Virus record (IMG/VR): IMGVR_UViG_3300027969_000040 | Strand: one strand, 5' to 3' | DNA: 64,000 bases | Origin: a virus | Taxonomy: Duplodnaviria > Caudoviricetes | Shown here: one piece after another, positions 20,285 through 36,500 of the stretch | How positions within the stretch are numbered: the stretch's first letter is position 1 | Layout of the letters: each line of letters opens with the position of its first letter | The notes under the pieces: generated by a model | What the model was told of the DNA's origin: nothing | Seen by the model: the letters and a program-made list of their open reading frames with translations, nothing else | Databases searched by the model: none | Translations under genes and position numbers: made by a program

Positions 20285-21952
20285 TTACACAACAAACGCC
20301 GCGCTGGTAGTAAATGCATGATAAACATAACCGCCACTAATACTTATATTTCCTCCAGTGGCCGCGGCCGCAGAACCAGGATATCTGACAACAACTAGTC
20401 CACTACCGCCTGCACCTGGAACATTATCATAGTAGCTACCGCCACCGCCCCCTCCCGAATTTGCAATACCATTTGTTGCTGCCACAGCATTGAGAACACT
20501 ACCACCGCGGCCGCCGCCGCCAAGACCAGCGGCTGTAATTGGGGATAATGTAGAGTATGTGACAGAACCAACGTTGGTTATAGTATATCCAAAGGCACCA
20601 GTATCAGTAAATGCAGCAGCCGATGATGAGGCTGTTAATAATACAGAAGTAGTGCCACTTGTAACTGCGGCAACATTACTGCCACCAAAAGGATTAGCAG
20701 CTTGCACCGCAGTCAATGGGCCCGCCGGCGGGGTAAAATCGCCAGTGTATACTGCTATACCATTTACCATTCTAAAATTGGTAATGTAACCATAGAACGG
20801 ATATGTGTAACTTGATGTAGCACCACGTCCAATCTGTAATATAGTCCGAGATGTCCAAGCCGGTACTGTTCCAGTGGCAATCTGTACACCATTAACAAAT
20901 AATCGAGCAGTAGTACCCGATCTTGAAAATGCCACGTGATACCAAGTCAATGTTGAGAAAGTGTATCCAGCAGAGACAAAATATAGTGTATTGTTAACTG
21001 CTTTATAAACAACAGTTAACCCACCGGGTTGAAAGTAAAATTGCCACGTGGCACTACTAGCACCATCGCCTTCGGCTGCAATTGCAGATGCCCGGATGTA
21101 CTGATTTGCGTTTGCTGGGTCTGGCATTGTAGTTATATACATCCAAGCTTCAACTGTATGGTCACTGCTGACCCAGCCTCCTGCATTGGTTGCACTTAGA
21201 TAGTTGCTGCCATTGAATAATAGTGCTCCAGACTGGCCCCCACCTAATCCATTAGTAACTGTGGCTCCAGCAGCACCACCACCGCCACCACTGGCATATG
21301 TATTTCCATCAAACCAAGTATATCCAACTCCGCCCTGACCTGATGCAGTTGTAATTCCAAGCCCGCCAACTCCGCCGGCGCCGCCGCCGCCACTGGAATA
21401 TGTAGCTGCACCACCGGCGCCGCCTGCAAAGCCTAGTCCGCCGCTGGCAGATGATGGTTGATTAGCGGCACCTGCGCCAATGCCCGACATGCCTCCACCA
21501 GACCCTCCAGCCAGTAATGCTTGCGGAACTCCAGTGCCCGTGGTGTAACTGCCGCCGCCTTGTCCTCCACCTAATGCAGTAAATCCATTAAATGTTGAAC
21601 TTAATCCAGTGGATAGCGCAGCAGTACTATTACCACTGTTTAAAACAATTGCCGGCCCGCCTGCACCTATAGTAACTGTATATGATCCGGTTGATGTAAT
21701 GAATCCAGTTTTGACCACAACACCGCCGGCACCGCCACCACCGCCTTGCCAAGCTAGAGCAGCATCACCTGTACCCCCTCCGCCACCGCCACCAACTATA
21801 ATATAGTCAATTGACAATTGTCCCGGACCTGGCCAGACACCTGCTTGTTTATTTTGCATCTGCTGCGACAATGTCCAAAATCCGCTACCATTGATATTGG
21901 TAGGATTATAATTCGATCCTGAAATTATTCCGCCAGGATATCTCTTGCTCAT
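20285..21952 (-). CDS. Glycine-rich domain plus single LamG putative receptor-binding protein (555 aa)
   Basis: IDYIIVGGGGGGG...GAGGSGLVVVRYP glycine-rich domain enclosing a DHTVEAW...YITNFRMVNG LamG core. Confidence 0.85.
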   Translation of the reverse strand: MSKRYPGGIISGSNYNPTNINGSGFWTLSQQMQNKQAGVWPGPGQLSIDYIIVGGGGGGGTGDAALAWQGGGGGAGGVVVKTGFITSTGSYTVTIGAGGPAIVLNSGNSTAALSTGLSSTFNGFTALGGGQGGGSYTTGTGVPQALLAGGSGGGMSGIGAGAANQPSSASGGLGFAGGAGGAATYSSGGGGAGGVGGLGITTASGQGGVGYTWFDGNTYASGGGGGAAGATVTNGLGGGQSGALLFNGSNYLSATNAGGWVSSDHTVEAWMYITTMPDPANANQYIRASAIAAEGDGASSATWQFYFQPGGLTVVYKAVNNTLYFVSAGYTFSTLTWYHVAFSRSGTTARLFVNGVQIATGTVPAWTSRTILQIGRGATSSYTYPFYGYITNFRMVNGIAVYTGDFTPPAGPLTAVQAANPFGGSNVAAVTSGTTSVLLTASSSAAAFTDTGAFGYTITNVGSVTYSTLSPITAAGLGGGGRGGSVLNAVAATNGIANSGGGGGGSYYDNVPGAGGSGLVVVRYPGSAAAATGGNISISGGYVYHAFTTSAAFVV

Positions 21953-21953
21953 A

Positions 21954-22316
21954 CTAGCTGATTTCCTCGTAGCTAACTGTGACTACTAGTGCGCTGGCTG
22001 TTGGGGTTACCGCAGTAATGCTAGTATTTTCTTCTAAATAGTATTGGCTACTTTTATCAATAACGTTTAGTGTACTCTTAGACGGTACACTCACGTTTGC
22101 CACAATAGGAAAAGCTGTCGATCCGTTATAGTAACTTACTGTAACTTCCGCTGCTGTTGAAGTGTTAGTGTTAGCTACGTTGAGTACGTTTATTTTAAAA
22201 ACTTTTCCTGAACTAGCACCATTGGTTAATACTGTTGTTACTGTTGTACTAGTAAGTGATGTTCCGGTTGTTTTTCCTGTAATTGTTGCTACATTAATTA
22301 TATTTGGTGCTGCCAT
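21954..22316 (-). CDS. Small beta-sandwich adaptor-like virion protein (120 aa)
   Basis: MAAPNI start; paralogue of 33081..33437; TAG stop. Confidence 0.8.
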   Translation of the reverse strand: MAAPNIINVATITGKTTGTSLTSTTVTTVLTNGASSGKVFKINVLNVANTNTSTAAEVTVSYYNGSTAFPIVANVSVPSKSTLNVIDKSSQYYLEENTSITAVTPTASALVVTVSYEEIS

Positions 22317-22320
22317 ATTG

Positions 22321-27480
<5,160 letters not shown>

Positions 27481-27509
27481 AGTTCATTTTCCCTATAGGC
27501 TTGTATTGT

Positions 27510-27516
27510 TATTTAT
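27510..27516 (-). promoter_or_regulatory. T4-type late promoter ATAAATA at apex of RBS-occluding hairpin
   Basis: Intergenic, upstream of the GTG at 27480; flanked by inverted repeats. Confidence 0.75.
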
Positions 27517-27544
27517 GCAGAATAACGAAAGCCTAGCTTGGGGA

Positions 27545-28138
27545 TTAATTTTGCATTACATATCCCAATGCAGTACCTGATCCTAGCGTAGTGCGCTGAT
27601 AAGTGATAGTAACATTGGCACTATCCCCGGATGCTAACAAATCAATATTGCCAGTTGTAATGTCTGATGCATAATTAGCTACTTCAAAATCTGAATGGCT
27701 CAATAATACTGCATATTCAGTAAAAAATGCAGTAGTTCCATTATTGATACAATCAATTGTGCTAAATTTGTATCTATTATTGATATTATCTTTGGCTGTT
27801 AGCACCCATCTAACAGAAGTAGTGCCAGATAAGGATACATAGTCAGCTACATCCAACTCATCACTAATAGTAATTCTACCGTTATAAATGTTACTTTGCA
27901 CAAAATACGGCGACCCATCAGTTTTTAAAATATTACCAGTGGTAACACTAGAAGTAGTAATATTACTAGTCCATACACGTTGTCCAGATGTAGTTGTAGT
28001 TAATATGCTATTGTTCGCCGATGTTCCTAAATTAGGCTCAGCTTCATTTAATGCCAGGAATTGATATCTATCATCACTTACTTCTGCAGGAGGTGTTACC
28101 GGAATACGCCCGCTAGTGAGAATACGATTTGTTTTCAT
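27545..28138 (-). CDS. Virion structural protein (197 aa)
   Basis: Clean ORF packed in the operon; beta-rich C-terminal domain (NNGTTAFFTEYAVL). Confidence 0.75.
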   Translation of the reverse strand: MKTNRILTSGRIPVTPPAEVSDDRYQFLALNEAEPNLGTSANNSILTTTTSGQRVWTSNITTSSVTTGNILKTDGSPYFVQSNIYNGRITISDELDVADYVSLSGTTSVRWVLTAKDNINNRYKFSTIDCINNGTTAFFTEYAVLLSHSDFEVANYASDITTGNIDLLASGDSANVTITYQRTTLGSGTALGYVMQN

Positions 28139-28139
28139 A

Positions 28140-28472
28140 TTATGGATTTATACTTTCAATAATACTAATAATCATCTGACTTGCATTTGAAATTGATGCA
28201 TTAGCTTTTAAAGAATCCCCAGTTTGCAAAATTAATTTGCCGCCGATAATATTAATTGCGTCACGTTTTGGGACTAATCCATTTTTAATTAAATTAGTTG
28301 GCACCGAACTTCTGATAAAATCAGATGTAACCGAAATAGTCGATTCGCTAGTATTACTAATTTGTGCCAACAATACAATACTAGTATATCCGCTAGGTGT
28401 TGTATATACAGTGGTACTAGTTGGTGTTAAGTTTGCTGTGTATGTTTTAAAAACATTAATTGGGGTTGTCAT
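28140..28472 (-). CDS. Small adaptor-like virion protein (110 aa)
   Basis: ISNT...VP...KLILQTGD pattern shared with the 118/120-aa proteins and the 440-aa N-terminus. Confidence 0.75.
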   Translation of the reverse strand: MTTPINVFKTYTANLTPTSTTVYTTPSGYTSIVLLAQISNTSESTISVTSDFIRSSVPTNLIKNGLVPKRDAINIIGGKLILQTGDSLKANASISNASQMIISIIESINP

Positions 28473-28474
28473 AA

Positions 28475-29803
28475 TTATCCTTCAAGAGCTAATATATATG
28501 GTGTCATCATAGCAAACATACTGCGTGTAAAGCTATCACCAGTGATAGAACCCGTTGTTTGGTTAATAGTTAAATTTGTTCCAATTTTAAAATTACCTTT
28601 ATGATCGGTTCCAGTAAATGTAACCCGGCCGCCATTGATTGCTGTTACTTCATTGGCCTCAATTGGTATTCCGCCATATTGTGGTAATGCTGTTAGTGGA
28701 TTTGTGCCGGCGCCAACGTATTCAAACGTATGTGCGCTGGCAATAATAGCACTGCGTTGATAGAATCTCACTGTGGTATTATCGTCCAGGATGTTTATAT
28801 AGTTTTCTTGTACAGTAACTTCGTATGTTAATCCGTCAACTTGTCTGACTGTATCAATACTATAATAATTACCGTCGCCATCAATGGTCATTGTTTGATT
28901 GACTTTTGGTTGTGCTGCTAGGCCTCTGATTTGAAATACACCATTGGTGCTAGCACCAAATGTAGTTCCCAACAATGCTTCTGGGCCCTTGCCATCTGCT
29001 ACCAATCCGTAATTACCAATACTAGAATCGCTTCCATTTAATGTACAAAATGCACCAGACTCACAATGTATACCAATGTCGCAAGCAATTGTATATATGT
29101 TAACCAATTGACTGTATCCCAAATTGGTAATGTGTACACCTTTTCCACCTTTGTTGATTATTGTAAAGAACCCTAAAATCATTGCTTTGGTACTACTAGC
29201 ACTGGTCAAACTACCATCAATTTTAACAGCGGTACCAGTTGTAGTGCTACTGGTAATGTTCTGTATGTATGGACTTACATAGACGTTTTGTGTTGGGGTT
29301 GAGGGATTGTAGCTGAATCCGTTGGCTAGATAATCTTTAATAGTTAGCCCCCATACATAGCAGCCAGCTTTTAAATAGAATAAATCAGAACTTGCTGTTT
29401 GTGGTATTACTGTTACTGTGCGCAAATCGTTTCCAACTAAGCTAACTCCAGCAGGGACCGTAACAGGATTATCTTCAGTATAGATGCCGGGTGCTACATG
29501 TACACTAGTCCCTGATGTAGCTGCTGCCAGTCCTGCTTTAATAGTTAATTTGGGTGTAGTAAGACCACCCCGGCTAGTGTCATCGCCATTTTTAGCTACA
29601 TAAATTATGTTACTACTGGCATCTAAACTAATGTTACCTGTAATTATTGTTGCATTTCCAATTGATTTAATGGAATTATCTGAATGTTTAACATAAAAAA
29701 CGCCATCGGCTGTATTAACAGCCACTTCGCCAATTTCAAGATCCGCAGCGTCTGGTATTTTTCCAGCTACCGCTGAGCGTTTTAATTTAATTTTATTTGC
29801 CAT
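28475..29803 (-). CDS. Tailspike-like protein (442 aa): Mtd-N-like N-terminus plus right-handed beta-helix
   Basis: IKLKRS...P...LEIGEVAVNTADG N-terminal motif; IYVAKNGDD...TIKAG...VAPGIYTE...VSLVG pectate-lyase-like entry motif. Confidence 0.75.
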   Translation of the reverse strand: MANKIKLKRSAVAGKIPDAADLEIGEVAVNTADGVFYVKHSDNSIKSIGNATIITGNISLDASSNIIYVAKNGDDTSRGGLTTPKLTIKAGLAAATSGTSVHVAPGIYTEDNPVTVPAGVSLVGNDLRTVTVIPQTASSDLFYLKAGCYVWGLTIKDYLANGFSYNPSTPTQNVYVSPYIQNITSSTTTGTAVKIDGSLTSASSTKAMILGFFTIINKGGKGVHITNLGYSQLVNIYTIACDIGIHCESGAFCTLNGSDSSIGNYGLVADGKGPEALLGTTFGASTNGVFQIRGLAAQPKVNQTMTIDGDGNYYSIDTVRQVDGLTYEVTVQENYINILDDNTTVRFYQRSAIIASAHTFEYVGAGTNPLTALPQYGGIPIEANEVTAINGGRVTFTGTDHKGNFKIGTNLTINQTTGSITGDSFTRSMFAMMTPYILALEG

Positions 29804-29840
29804 AATTATGGTCTGTCCTAAGTGCTATATAGCCAACGTA

Positions 29841-29871
29841 TAAAATAAAACCGGGGTATCGAAGCCCCGGC
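29841..29871 (-). terminator. Rho-independent terminator-like hairpin
   Basis: Minus strand GCCGGGG-cttcgata-CCCCGGT followed by TTTATTTT. Confidence 0.75.
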
Positions 29872-29889
29872 TATTATACTTCAATAAAG

Positions 29890-29896
29890 TATTTAT
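29890..29896 (-). promoter_or_regulatory. T4-type late promoter ATAAATA
   Basis: Just after the stop at 29900, upstream of a terminator-like hairpin. Confidence 0.6.
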
Positions 29897-29899
29897 TCT

Positions 29900-32800
29900 T
29901 TAATACTCGCCACCGTCAATTGTATCTGTATTAGTTAACACAGAATTTCCATTCTTTTTTATGTCTGTTGTTACTGATATATTACCTGCAGATAGTGTTC
30001 TAGTAGCAATTGCATAGCTAAGGTATTGGTTATCTGTTATTAACCCAGATGCTCCTGCTATCAATACTCTATTCTCAATTAAATGTGCATCTTTAAACCC
30101 ATCGGCAGTAACTGCGGCAGTGAATGTACCGGTGCCCTCTACCCTGAGCGGTCTTCCAATTGACCATGCATCGTGCCCGTAATCATACAGTATTGTTGCA
30201 GTACCATCTACGCCTAAATTAAGAGTTAAGCCGCCATTGGCCGATTCGGCCGCTGTAGTTGAATTTTTACCTAATTCAATGTTTAAATCGCCAACCGCAA
30301 CAGTAGTAGAATTTACAATAGTTGTATTGCCGCGTACAGTTAAATTGCCGCCAACAGTCAGATTGCCGCCTATTCCAACACCACCATATACTATAAATGC
30401 CCCTGTGTTTGTTTCGTCGGATTCTGTTAAATTTGTAATAATTACTTGAGAACTAGTAGTGCCGTCAAACCCGCCTCTACTGCCAACATATCCATTGATA
30501 CCCTGACTGCCAGTATATCCATATCCTGTTGCACCAACAGGCCCCGACGACCCTTTTGAACCAACATATCCTTGAGCCCCAGTAACCGATGCGCCTTGAC
30601 TACCTGTATATCCAATTCTAGTACTTGCAGATCCGGTATACCCAATACCGCCAATTGGGCCGGTTGGGCCGGTTATACCTTTGGCGCCAGATAAATCTGT
30701 TATATAAATGTAGCTAATGCCGTTCCATAGGTAAAGCATTGCATCTTCGGGATTTTCAACATTAGTGTCAACAATAGCAAACTGCCCGGCTACAATGCCA
30801 ACTGGCTCAGTATCATCTGTTAGCTCTATTAGAGTTGCATATCTCTTAGCTATAGTAAATCCTAAACCGGTATCCCCTTTACTACCAACATATCCTAATA
30901 TTCCAGTTGCACCAATTGGCCCAGTATCACCTGTATAGCCTCTGCTGCCAACATATCCATTAACACCGCCACTGCCAGTGTATCCGGTTGGGCCTGTTGC
31001 GCCAGCTGGACCTCTTACGCCGGTTGCACCGGTTGCTCCACCAGGGTCACCGGGAGCACCAGTTGGGCCTGTTGCTCCTATTCCGGTTGCGCCCCTTGGT
31101 CCAGTTGCGCCAGTATCACCGTTTGTTCCTTGTAATCCAGTTGCACCGATTGGTCCTGCTAAACCTGGTATTCCAAATCCAGTTGCACCGATTGGTCCAG
31201 TTGCGCCAGTATCGCCGTTTGTTCCTTGCAATCCAGTTGCACCGATTGGTCCTGATGCACCGGTATCGCCCCTGGCACCAGATAATCCAGTTGAGCCGCG
31301 GGCACCAGCCGGGCCGGTTAACCCAAATCCAGTTGCACCAATTGGTCCAGTTGCACCAGTATCCCCGTCTACTCCTTGTAATCCAGTTGCACCAATTGGG
31401 CCTGACGCACCAGTATCCCCGTCTACTCCTTGTAATCCAGTTGCACCAATTGGACCTGCCAAACCCGGTATTCCTATTCCAGTTGCGCCCCTTGGGCCAG
31501 TTGCACCAGTATCACCATCTGCTCCTTGCAATCCAGTTGCACCAATTGCTCCTATACCAGTTGCTCCTCTTGGTCCTACTACACCAGTTGCTCCAATTTG
31601 GCCAGATGTACCTTGAGTTCCTTGTAATCCGGTTGCACCAATTGGGCCTGTCGCGCCGGCATTGCCTTGTACCCCTTGTAGACCAGTTGCACCGATTGCG
31701 CCTGGTGTCCCGTCTATACCCGAGAATCCAGTTGCACCAATTGGTCCAGTTGCACCGGTATCGCCGTTTGTTCCTTGTGATCCAGTTGCGCCCTGAGAAC
31801 CATCTAATCCGTTTATACCCGCAACACCAGTTGCTCCTTTTGGTCCTGCTGCACCAGATGCTCCAGTAATTCCCGACAATCCAGTTGCGCCAATTGTTCC
31901 AGTTGCGCCGGCAACGCCTTGAATTCCTTGCAGACCAGTTGCACCATGGGTGCCTGCCGGCCCTTCTACTCCTTGTAATCCGGTCGCGCCAATTGGTCCA
32001 GTTGCACCAGCAACACCTTGAATTCCTTGTAGACCAGTTGCTCCTCGAGCACCAGCTGCGCCGGCTGCTCCTGCAAGACCAGTTGCACCTTGACTACCAT
32101 TAGTACCATTGGCGCCTGCTAATCCAGTGGCACCCGTAGCACCTGCGCCTGTAGCACCAGTGATACCTTGAACACCGGCTGTACCCCTCGATCCAGTGTA
32201 CCCAATGGCTCCTGCGGGCCCGGCCGCGCCTATTCCGTTTGCGCCCCTAGATCCAGCATATCCTCTTGCACCAGCTGATCCCGATGGACCGGTTGCCCCT
32301 ATGTCTCCACTAGGCCCGGTATCCCCTTTTGGTCCTTGAAATCCAGTGGCACCAATTTCGCCATATGGTATGCCATTAGCATGATAAAGTTGATCTGTGT
32401 AGATTGATCCTGCATATACATTGCCGGATATCCCAGCACCACCTGCAACTACTAATGCACCCGAGGTAGTTCCAACACTTGTTGTTGTATTTGTTAAATT
32501 TAATGCTCCGGCATCAACAATTCCAGCTGTGCCAGATATTACACCACCGAGGCTAACAGACCCGTTTGATATAAATTTTAAGTGTCCAGTTACATTGTCC
32601 CAAGCAACAAATGCGGATTGTTGAGATCCAACAGCAGATTTAAAGTAATTAAATTTAAATCCAATGTCAGAGCCGTCGTCAACTGTTAATGTAGTACCGC
32701 TTGTATGTAGAGTAATTAACGAATCGCTTACTGAAGTATTTACAGAACTAACTGTAGTAGGAGTACCTGTTAAAACTAAATTTCCAGTTATAGTAACGTC

Positions 32801-33073
32801 TACTGCTGTAAAAACTGGTTGTACGCCAATTTGCGTAATATTAGGTTGCGATGATGTTGTAATTAACCCATTGACTTGAGTAGCAAAAACTTTATCGGCA
32901 TATATATTGCCTGTTACACCAACCCCACCAGATACAATTACTGCACCTGTTGACGTACTAGTACTTTGCGTTGCATTAGATACACTAAATGGTGTACCAA
33001 TTACAGTTGAAGTTACATTGCTTGCTGTTCCTAAATTTCTTAGTACAGCTGGTTGTCGTAAATATCTGATCAT
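29900..33073 (-). CDS. Collagen-like fibre protein (1057 aa)
   Basis: About 600 aa of Gly-X-Y dominated by GATG(P/L) between two similar shaft domains (GxLVLTGxPTTV / [12 protein letters not shown]). Confidence 0.9.
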   Translation of the reverse strand: MIRYLRQPAVLRNLGTASNVTSTVIGTPFSVSNATQSTSTSTGAVIVSGGVGVTGNIYADKVFATQVNGLITTSSQPNITQIGVQPVFTAVDVTITGNLVLTGTPTTVSSVNTSVSDSLITLHTSGTTLTVDDGSDIGFKFNYFKSAVGSQQSAFVAWDNVTGHLKFISNGSVSLGGVISGTAGIVDAGALNLTNTTTSVGTTSGALVVAGGAGISGNVYAGSIYTDQLYHANGIPYGEIGATGFQGPKGDTGPSGDIGATGPSGSAGARGYAGSRGANGIGAAGPAGAIGYTGSRGTAGVQGITGATGAGATGATGLAGANGTNGSQGATGLAGAAGAAGARGATGLQGIQGVAGATGPIGATGLQGVEGPAGTHGATGLQGIQGVAGATGTIGATGLSGITGASGAAGPKGATGVAGINGLDGSQGATGSQGTNGDTGATGPIGATGFSGIDGTPGAIGATGLQGVQGNAGATGPIGATGLQGTQGTSGQIGATGVVGPRGATGIGAIGATGLQGADGDTGATGPRGATGIGIPGLAGPIGATGLQGVDGDTGASGPIGATGLQGVDGDTGATGPIGATGFGLTGPAGARGSTGLSGARGDTGASGPIGATGLQGTNGDTGATGPIGATGFGIPGLAGPIGATGLQGTNGDTGATGPRGATGIGATGPTGAPGDPGGATGATGVRGPAGATGPTGYTGSGGVNGYVGSRGYTGDTGPIGATGILGYVGSKGDTGLGFTIAKRYATLIELTDDTEPVGIVAGQFAIVDTNVENPEDAMLYLWNGISYIYITDLSGAKGITGPTGPIGGIGYTGSASTRIGYTGSQGASVTGAQGYVGSKGSSGPVGATGYGYTGSQGINGYVGSRGGFDGTTSSQVIITNLTESDETNTGAFIVYGGVGIGGNLTVGGNLTVRGNTTIVNSTTVAVGDLNIELGKNSTTAAESANGGLTLNLGVDGTATILYDYGHDAWSIGRPLRVEGTGTFTAAVTADGFKDAHLIENRVLIAGASGLITDNQYLSYAIATRTLSAGNISVTTDIKKNGNSVLTNTDTIDGGEY
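30470..32362 (-). repeat. Gly-X-Y collagen repeat region
   Basis: Recurring plus-strand CCAGTTGCACC (GATG); interrupted once by a ~60-aa globular segment at about 30680-30865. Confidence 0.9.
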
Positions 33074-33080
33074 TTATATA

Positions 33081-33437
33081 TTAGCTCATAATTTCATAGG
33101 ACAATACATACTGTAATACCCCTGCTATGTCAGCTGATATTCGTAATGCATCACCTTCTTCAAGGTATATACTTGTATCCTTAGCAATAGCAACCAAAGA
33201 ATCACCAACTGGTACTGGTATTGCACTGCCAATTTTATAACTAACAGAATTTCTATATATATCAATAGTAACAGTGGTATCGCTTGCACTTAAATTTGTA
33301 ACGTATAGCACATTTATACGGTAAGATTCCGAACTATTCACTGAATTTTCTAAAACTACATCAAGGGTGTCTGCTACCCAGTCGGCTTTAGTTTTTCCAA
33401 TAATGGAACTTGTAGTAATTAAATTAGGAGCAGCCAT
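33081..33437 (-). CDS. Small beta-sandwich adaptor-like virion protein (118 aa)
   Basis: MAAPNL start; paralogue of 21954..22316; own late promoter. Confidence 0.8.
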   Translation of the reverse strand: MAAPNLITTSSIIGKTKADWVADTLDVVLENSVNSSESYRINVLYVTNLSASDTTVTIDIYRNSVSYKIGSAIPVPVGDSLVAIAKDTSIYLEEGDALRISADIAGVLQYVLSYEIMS

Positions 33438-33480
33438 TTAAAATCCAATCTATTAGCGTGAGTTTAATTCTCAATTTATG

Positions 33481-33487
33481 TATTTAT
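33481..33487 (-). promoter_or_regulatory. T4-type late promoter ATAAATA
   Basis: Intergenic, upstream of the ATG at 33437. Confidence 0.7.
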
Positions 33488-33529
33488 GCGCTGTTATAAA
33501 CCGTACTGCTCTAAGGATTACAATTAATA

Positions 33530-36500
33530 TTAGCTAATAATTGTTAAACTTTCGGGTAATGTAATAGTTGAATCAAAATAATCACCATTTAGATAAAGAG
33601 CACTGATTTTTATAATAGTATTTTTTGAACAAAATCCTGTAACAGATCCAGATGAAGGATCAATTGCTATAGTGTCTAAGGGTAAATTAGCCGAAGATAC
33701 AATAACTAATTTATATACAACAGTATTTCCCGGCTTATTTAAATTCTGTATAAACATGTTGGTTGCAATCATTGAATTATATACTGCTCCTGCTCTTAAA
33801 TTCTGTGTTATAGAGTCTGTTGCAATAGGTAATTGGCCGTAGTATCCGTATACACTAGCCAATTGGTCACCAAATATTGATGTCCATAATATGGCCCATC
33901 TTCCTTGTGGTTGAGACGAATCATTAATTAATATTGTAGCCGATGTAGCAACAATAGGGCCCGCATCTCCTTGGGTGCGAATGTTTATTTTTATTGTCTC
34001 AGTACCGTCCCTGAATTGATCATTTGCCAATGATACAGTAAATGACGCTTGATTGTTTTGTATTAAAAAGTTACCCGAGTTGATCTGATTAGAGAAATCT
34101 CCAGAATTAGTTGTTCCATCATTTGTCCAATACAATATTGTATTGTTGGGCACATTTATTGTTTTAATAACATATGTTACACTATCACCTTCGTTGATTG
34201 TTGAAATTAATGCACCCCCATTACGTTCAGCTAAATTCATAATCATGCCATGGCTTTGAGAAAACATACCAACCGGATTTTCTATGACTTGTCCCGACTC
34301 GAGTATGCTTATAATATCTCCAGAGTGATAAGCTATTGGAATTGCGCGACCTAACATATTAACATCAATATAGTATCCCCCGTTATATGATTGATGGTAT
34401 CCGCCTCTGATGCTTGGTGTTAATTTTGTTTTACTTTCGTTATCAAATATACTAGTTGAGTTGTTTCCTTCTCCTAAAAATATACTTAAACTTCCCAATC
34501 CTATTTCGTATTTAAATTTTTGTTGTGGAGTTCCAGTACCAGTATTAGACTTTGGTTGTGACTTATAATAAGAAGGATCCCATCTGCCTGGTATTGCTAT
34601 ACTAGCTGCTATCATACCCAAGTGAAACTTTTTATTTTTATCCCAATCTGCCCAGCGCCATGACGCAAATGACTCATTCGGCGGATTTGCTCCTATTACA
34701 TGATTTATTTTTAATATATGGCCGGGTGATTCGTAAGTCTTTTCGTAATCTTGTGTGTCAAATCTAGGTTCGACTACCCAGGCTGGCAAATCAAATGCGG
34801 TATGCGAAGTGACCCAGGTTACTACTGTCCAAACATTTATATTGTTATCTATCAATGTTTGATCCGTTGCATATCCTTGTTCAAATTCAAATGTAGCAGA
34901 ATGAATTATAGGCGAGTTATCAAATTTATCGTAATTTACAACTTGATAATCATCTCCTGGATAATATTTGGCAATTGCATGTGCGTGAATATCATTTTGA
35001 TTAAATAAATCGGTTGTACTTGTGCTCCTTACTAATCCATTTCTATTAGTCCACCACCATTTTAATAAATTACTACCTCTGTCGGATGCAACCGGAAAGA
35101 TCGAATAAATTGGTGGTTGCATAACAGCATTGTCAAAAATTGTTACAGATTTTGATACTGCAACAATAAGACCATTGGTGTTATTATCAGTTCTTAATTT
35201 TAAAAGTACAGTCCTACTAGGTTTATAATTTTTAGATATAGTTTTAGTAAAAGCAGCAACATTATTTAATATAACCACTACCCCAGCATTTTCAGAGTCG
35301 GTAAAATCGTCACTTGTTGCCGTGCCATAGTTACGCCAGTATAAAACAGTACCGTTTGGTACATTGAATGTATTAATTCTATAATCTATAAAATCACCCT
35401 CAGCAACATAACTAACACTCGGAGTAATAGAATATGTTTTTACTGTCTTAGATTTATCATATACTATAACCCTGTTTGCAGTTGCAACCACTGGTCCATT
35501 TACCGATTTAGTTCTAACTTCCATTGTTAATGTTTCTGCGCCTTCTGTTAATTTATCAGCAGTTGCAGTTCTTATAAAAGTTGCTAAATTATTTACTATA
35601 GTAATACTATCTTGATTTGGATTAGGAACCGTCCATTTAAACTGGAACGATCCGGAGCCACCTGCACCAAATTCATTTGTGTTTCCGATGCTGCTATATG
35701 ACACAGGGGTATTAATATTATAGTCAACAATTCCGTTATTATTATTTTTGTTTATATTAAAATTGTTAATACTTGAATCCAATGTATATAACAAACTAGT
35801 TTGAGATATTAACAATAAAGAGGTAGATGTTGATAATGGTATTGCTTGTGTATTAATCCCGCCATATGGATTTGCACCTTGCGTTGAAGTTAGCGGCCCG
35901 GTTGGTTTTTCAAAATCACCAATATATACTGCAACACCTTTAACTATACGAAGATTAGAAATATGAGAATTTTGTACATAATATCCCCAATAAGATGCAT
36001 AACCAATGTACATATCAGGTTTCTGACCATTGGATGCAGCCTCAGAAATTATGTTAGTGTTTACATTAGTATAGGTACCGCAGTTAACACCGTTACAATA
36101 CCAAGATAATGTAGTACCATCTCTAACCACTGCCCAGTGTTCCCAGGCATTACTAGTTGGAGACACTGTTGCGTGATAGTCAGTTATTAGACCCAATCTT
36201 ATTGTTAACTTATCTGGGTTATTCAATGGGTCCCTATATATTACCCATCCATTTTTAGTATTATCAACTTTTTGTCCTATGCCTGGGCCGCTAGCAGAAT
36301 CAAACGGTTCTAATAGATACCACCACCACTCAATGGTAAAATTGTCTTCATCAAACTCAAACGCCGTACTATACGGCATATTTAAATAATTACTATGATT
36401 ATTAAAACTTAAACTGCCGCCAGGAATTGCTGTAGATAGGCCGCCTGCCCGACCACCGTTGTCGCTGTAACTTGTTAGAAAATTTAATGCAGTGGCAGGT

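Noticed and set aside
28475-29803. Mtd-like N-terminus as evidence of a diversity-generating retroelement target
   Set aside because: Only the N-terminal anchor resembles Mtd; there is no C-type-lectin variable region or duplicated template in the window. One elsewhere in the genome cannot be excluded.
30978-31869. Long plus-strand ORFs (212 and 293 aa) opposite the collagen gene
   Set aside because: Shadow frames of the Gly-X-Y codon repeat (PVAP and LQLH low-complexity products), with no RBS or promoter.
33071-33080. TATAAATG as a late promoter for the 1057-aa gene
   Set aside because: It overlaps the start codon itself, so it could not produce a transcript containing that AUG.
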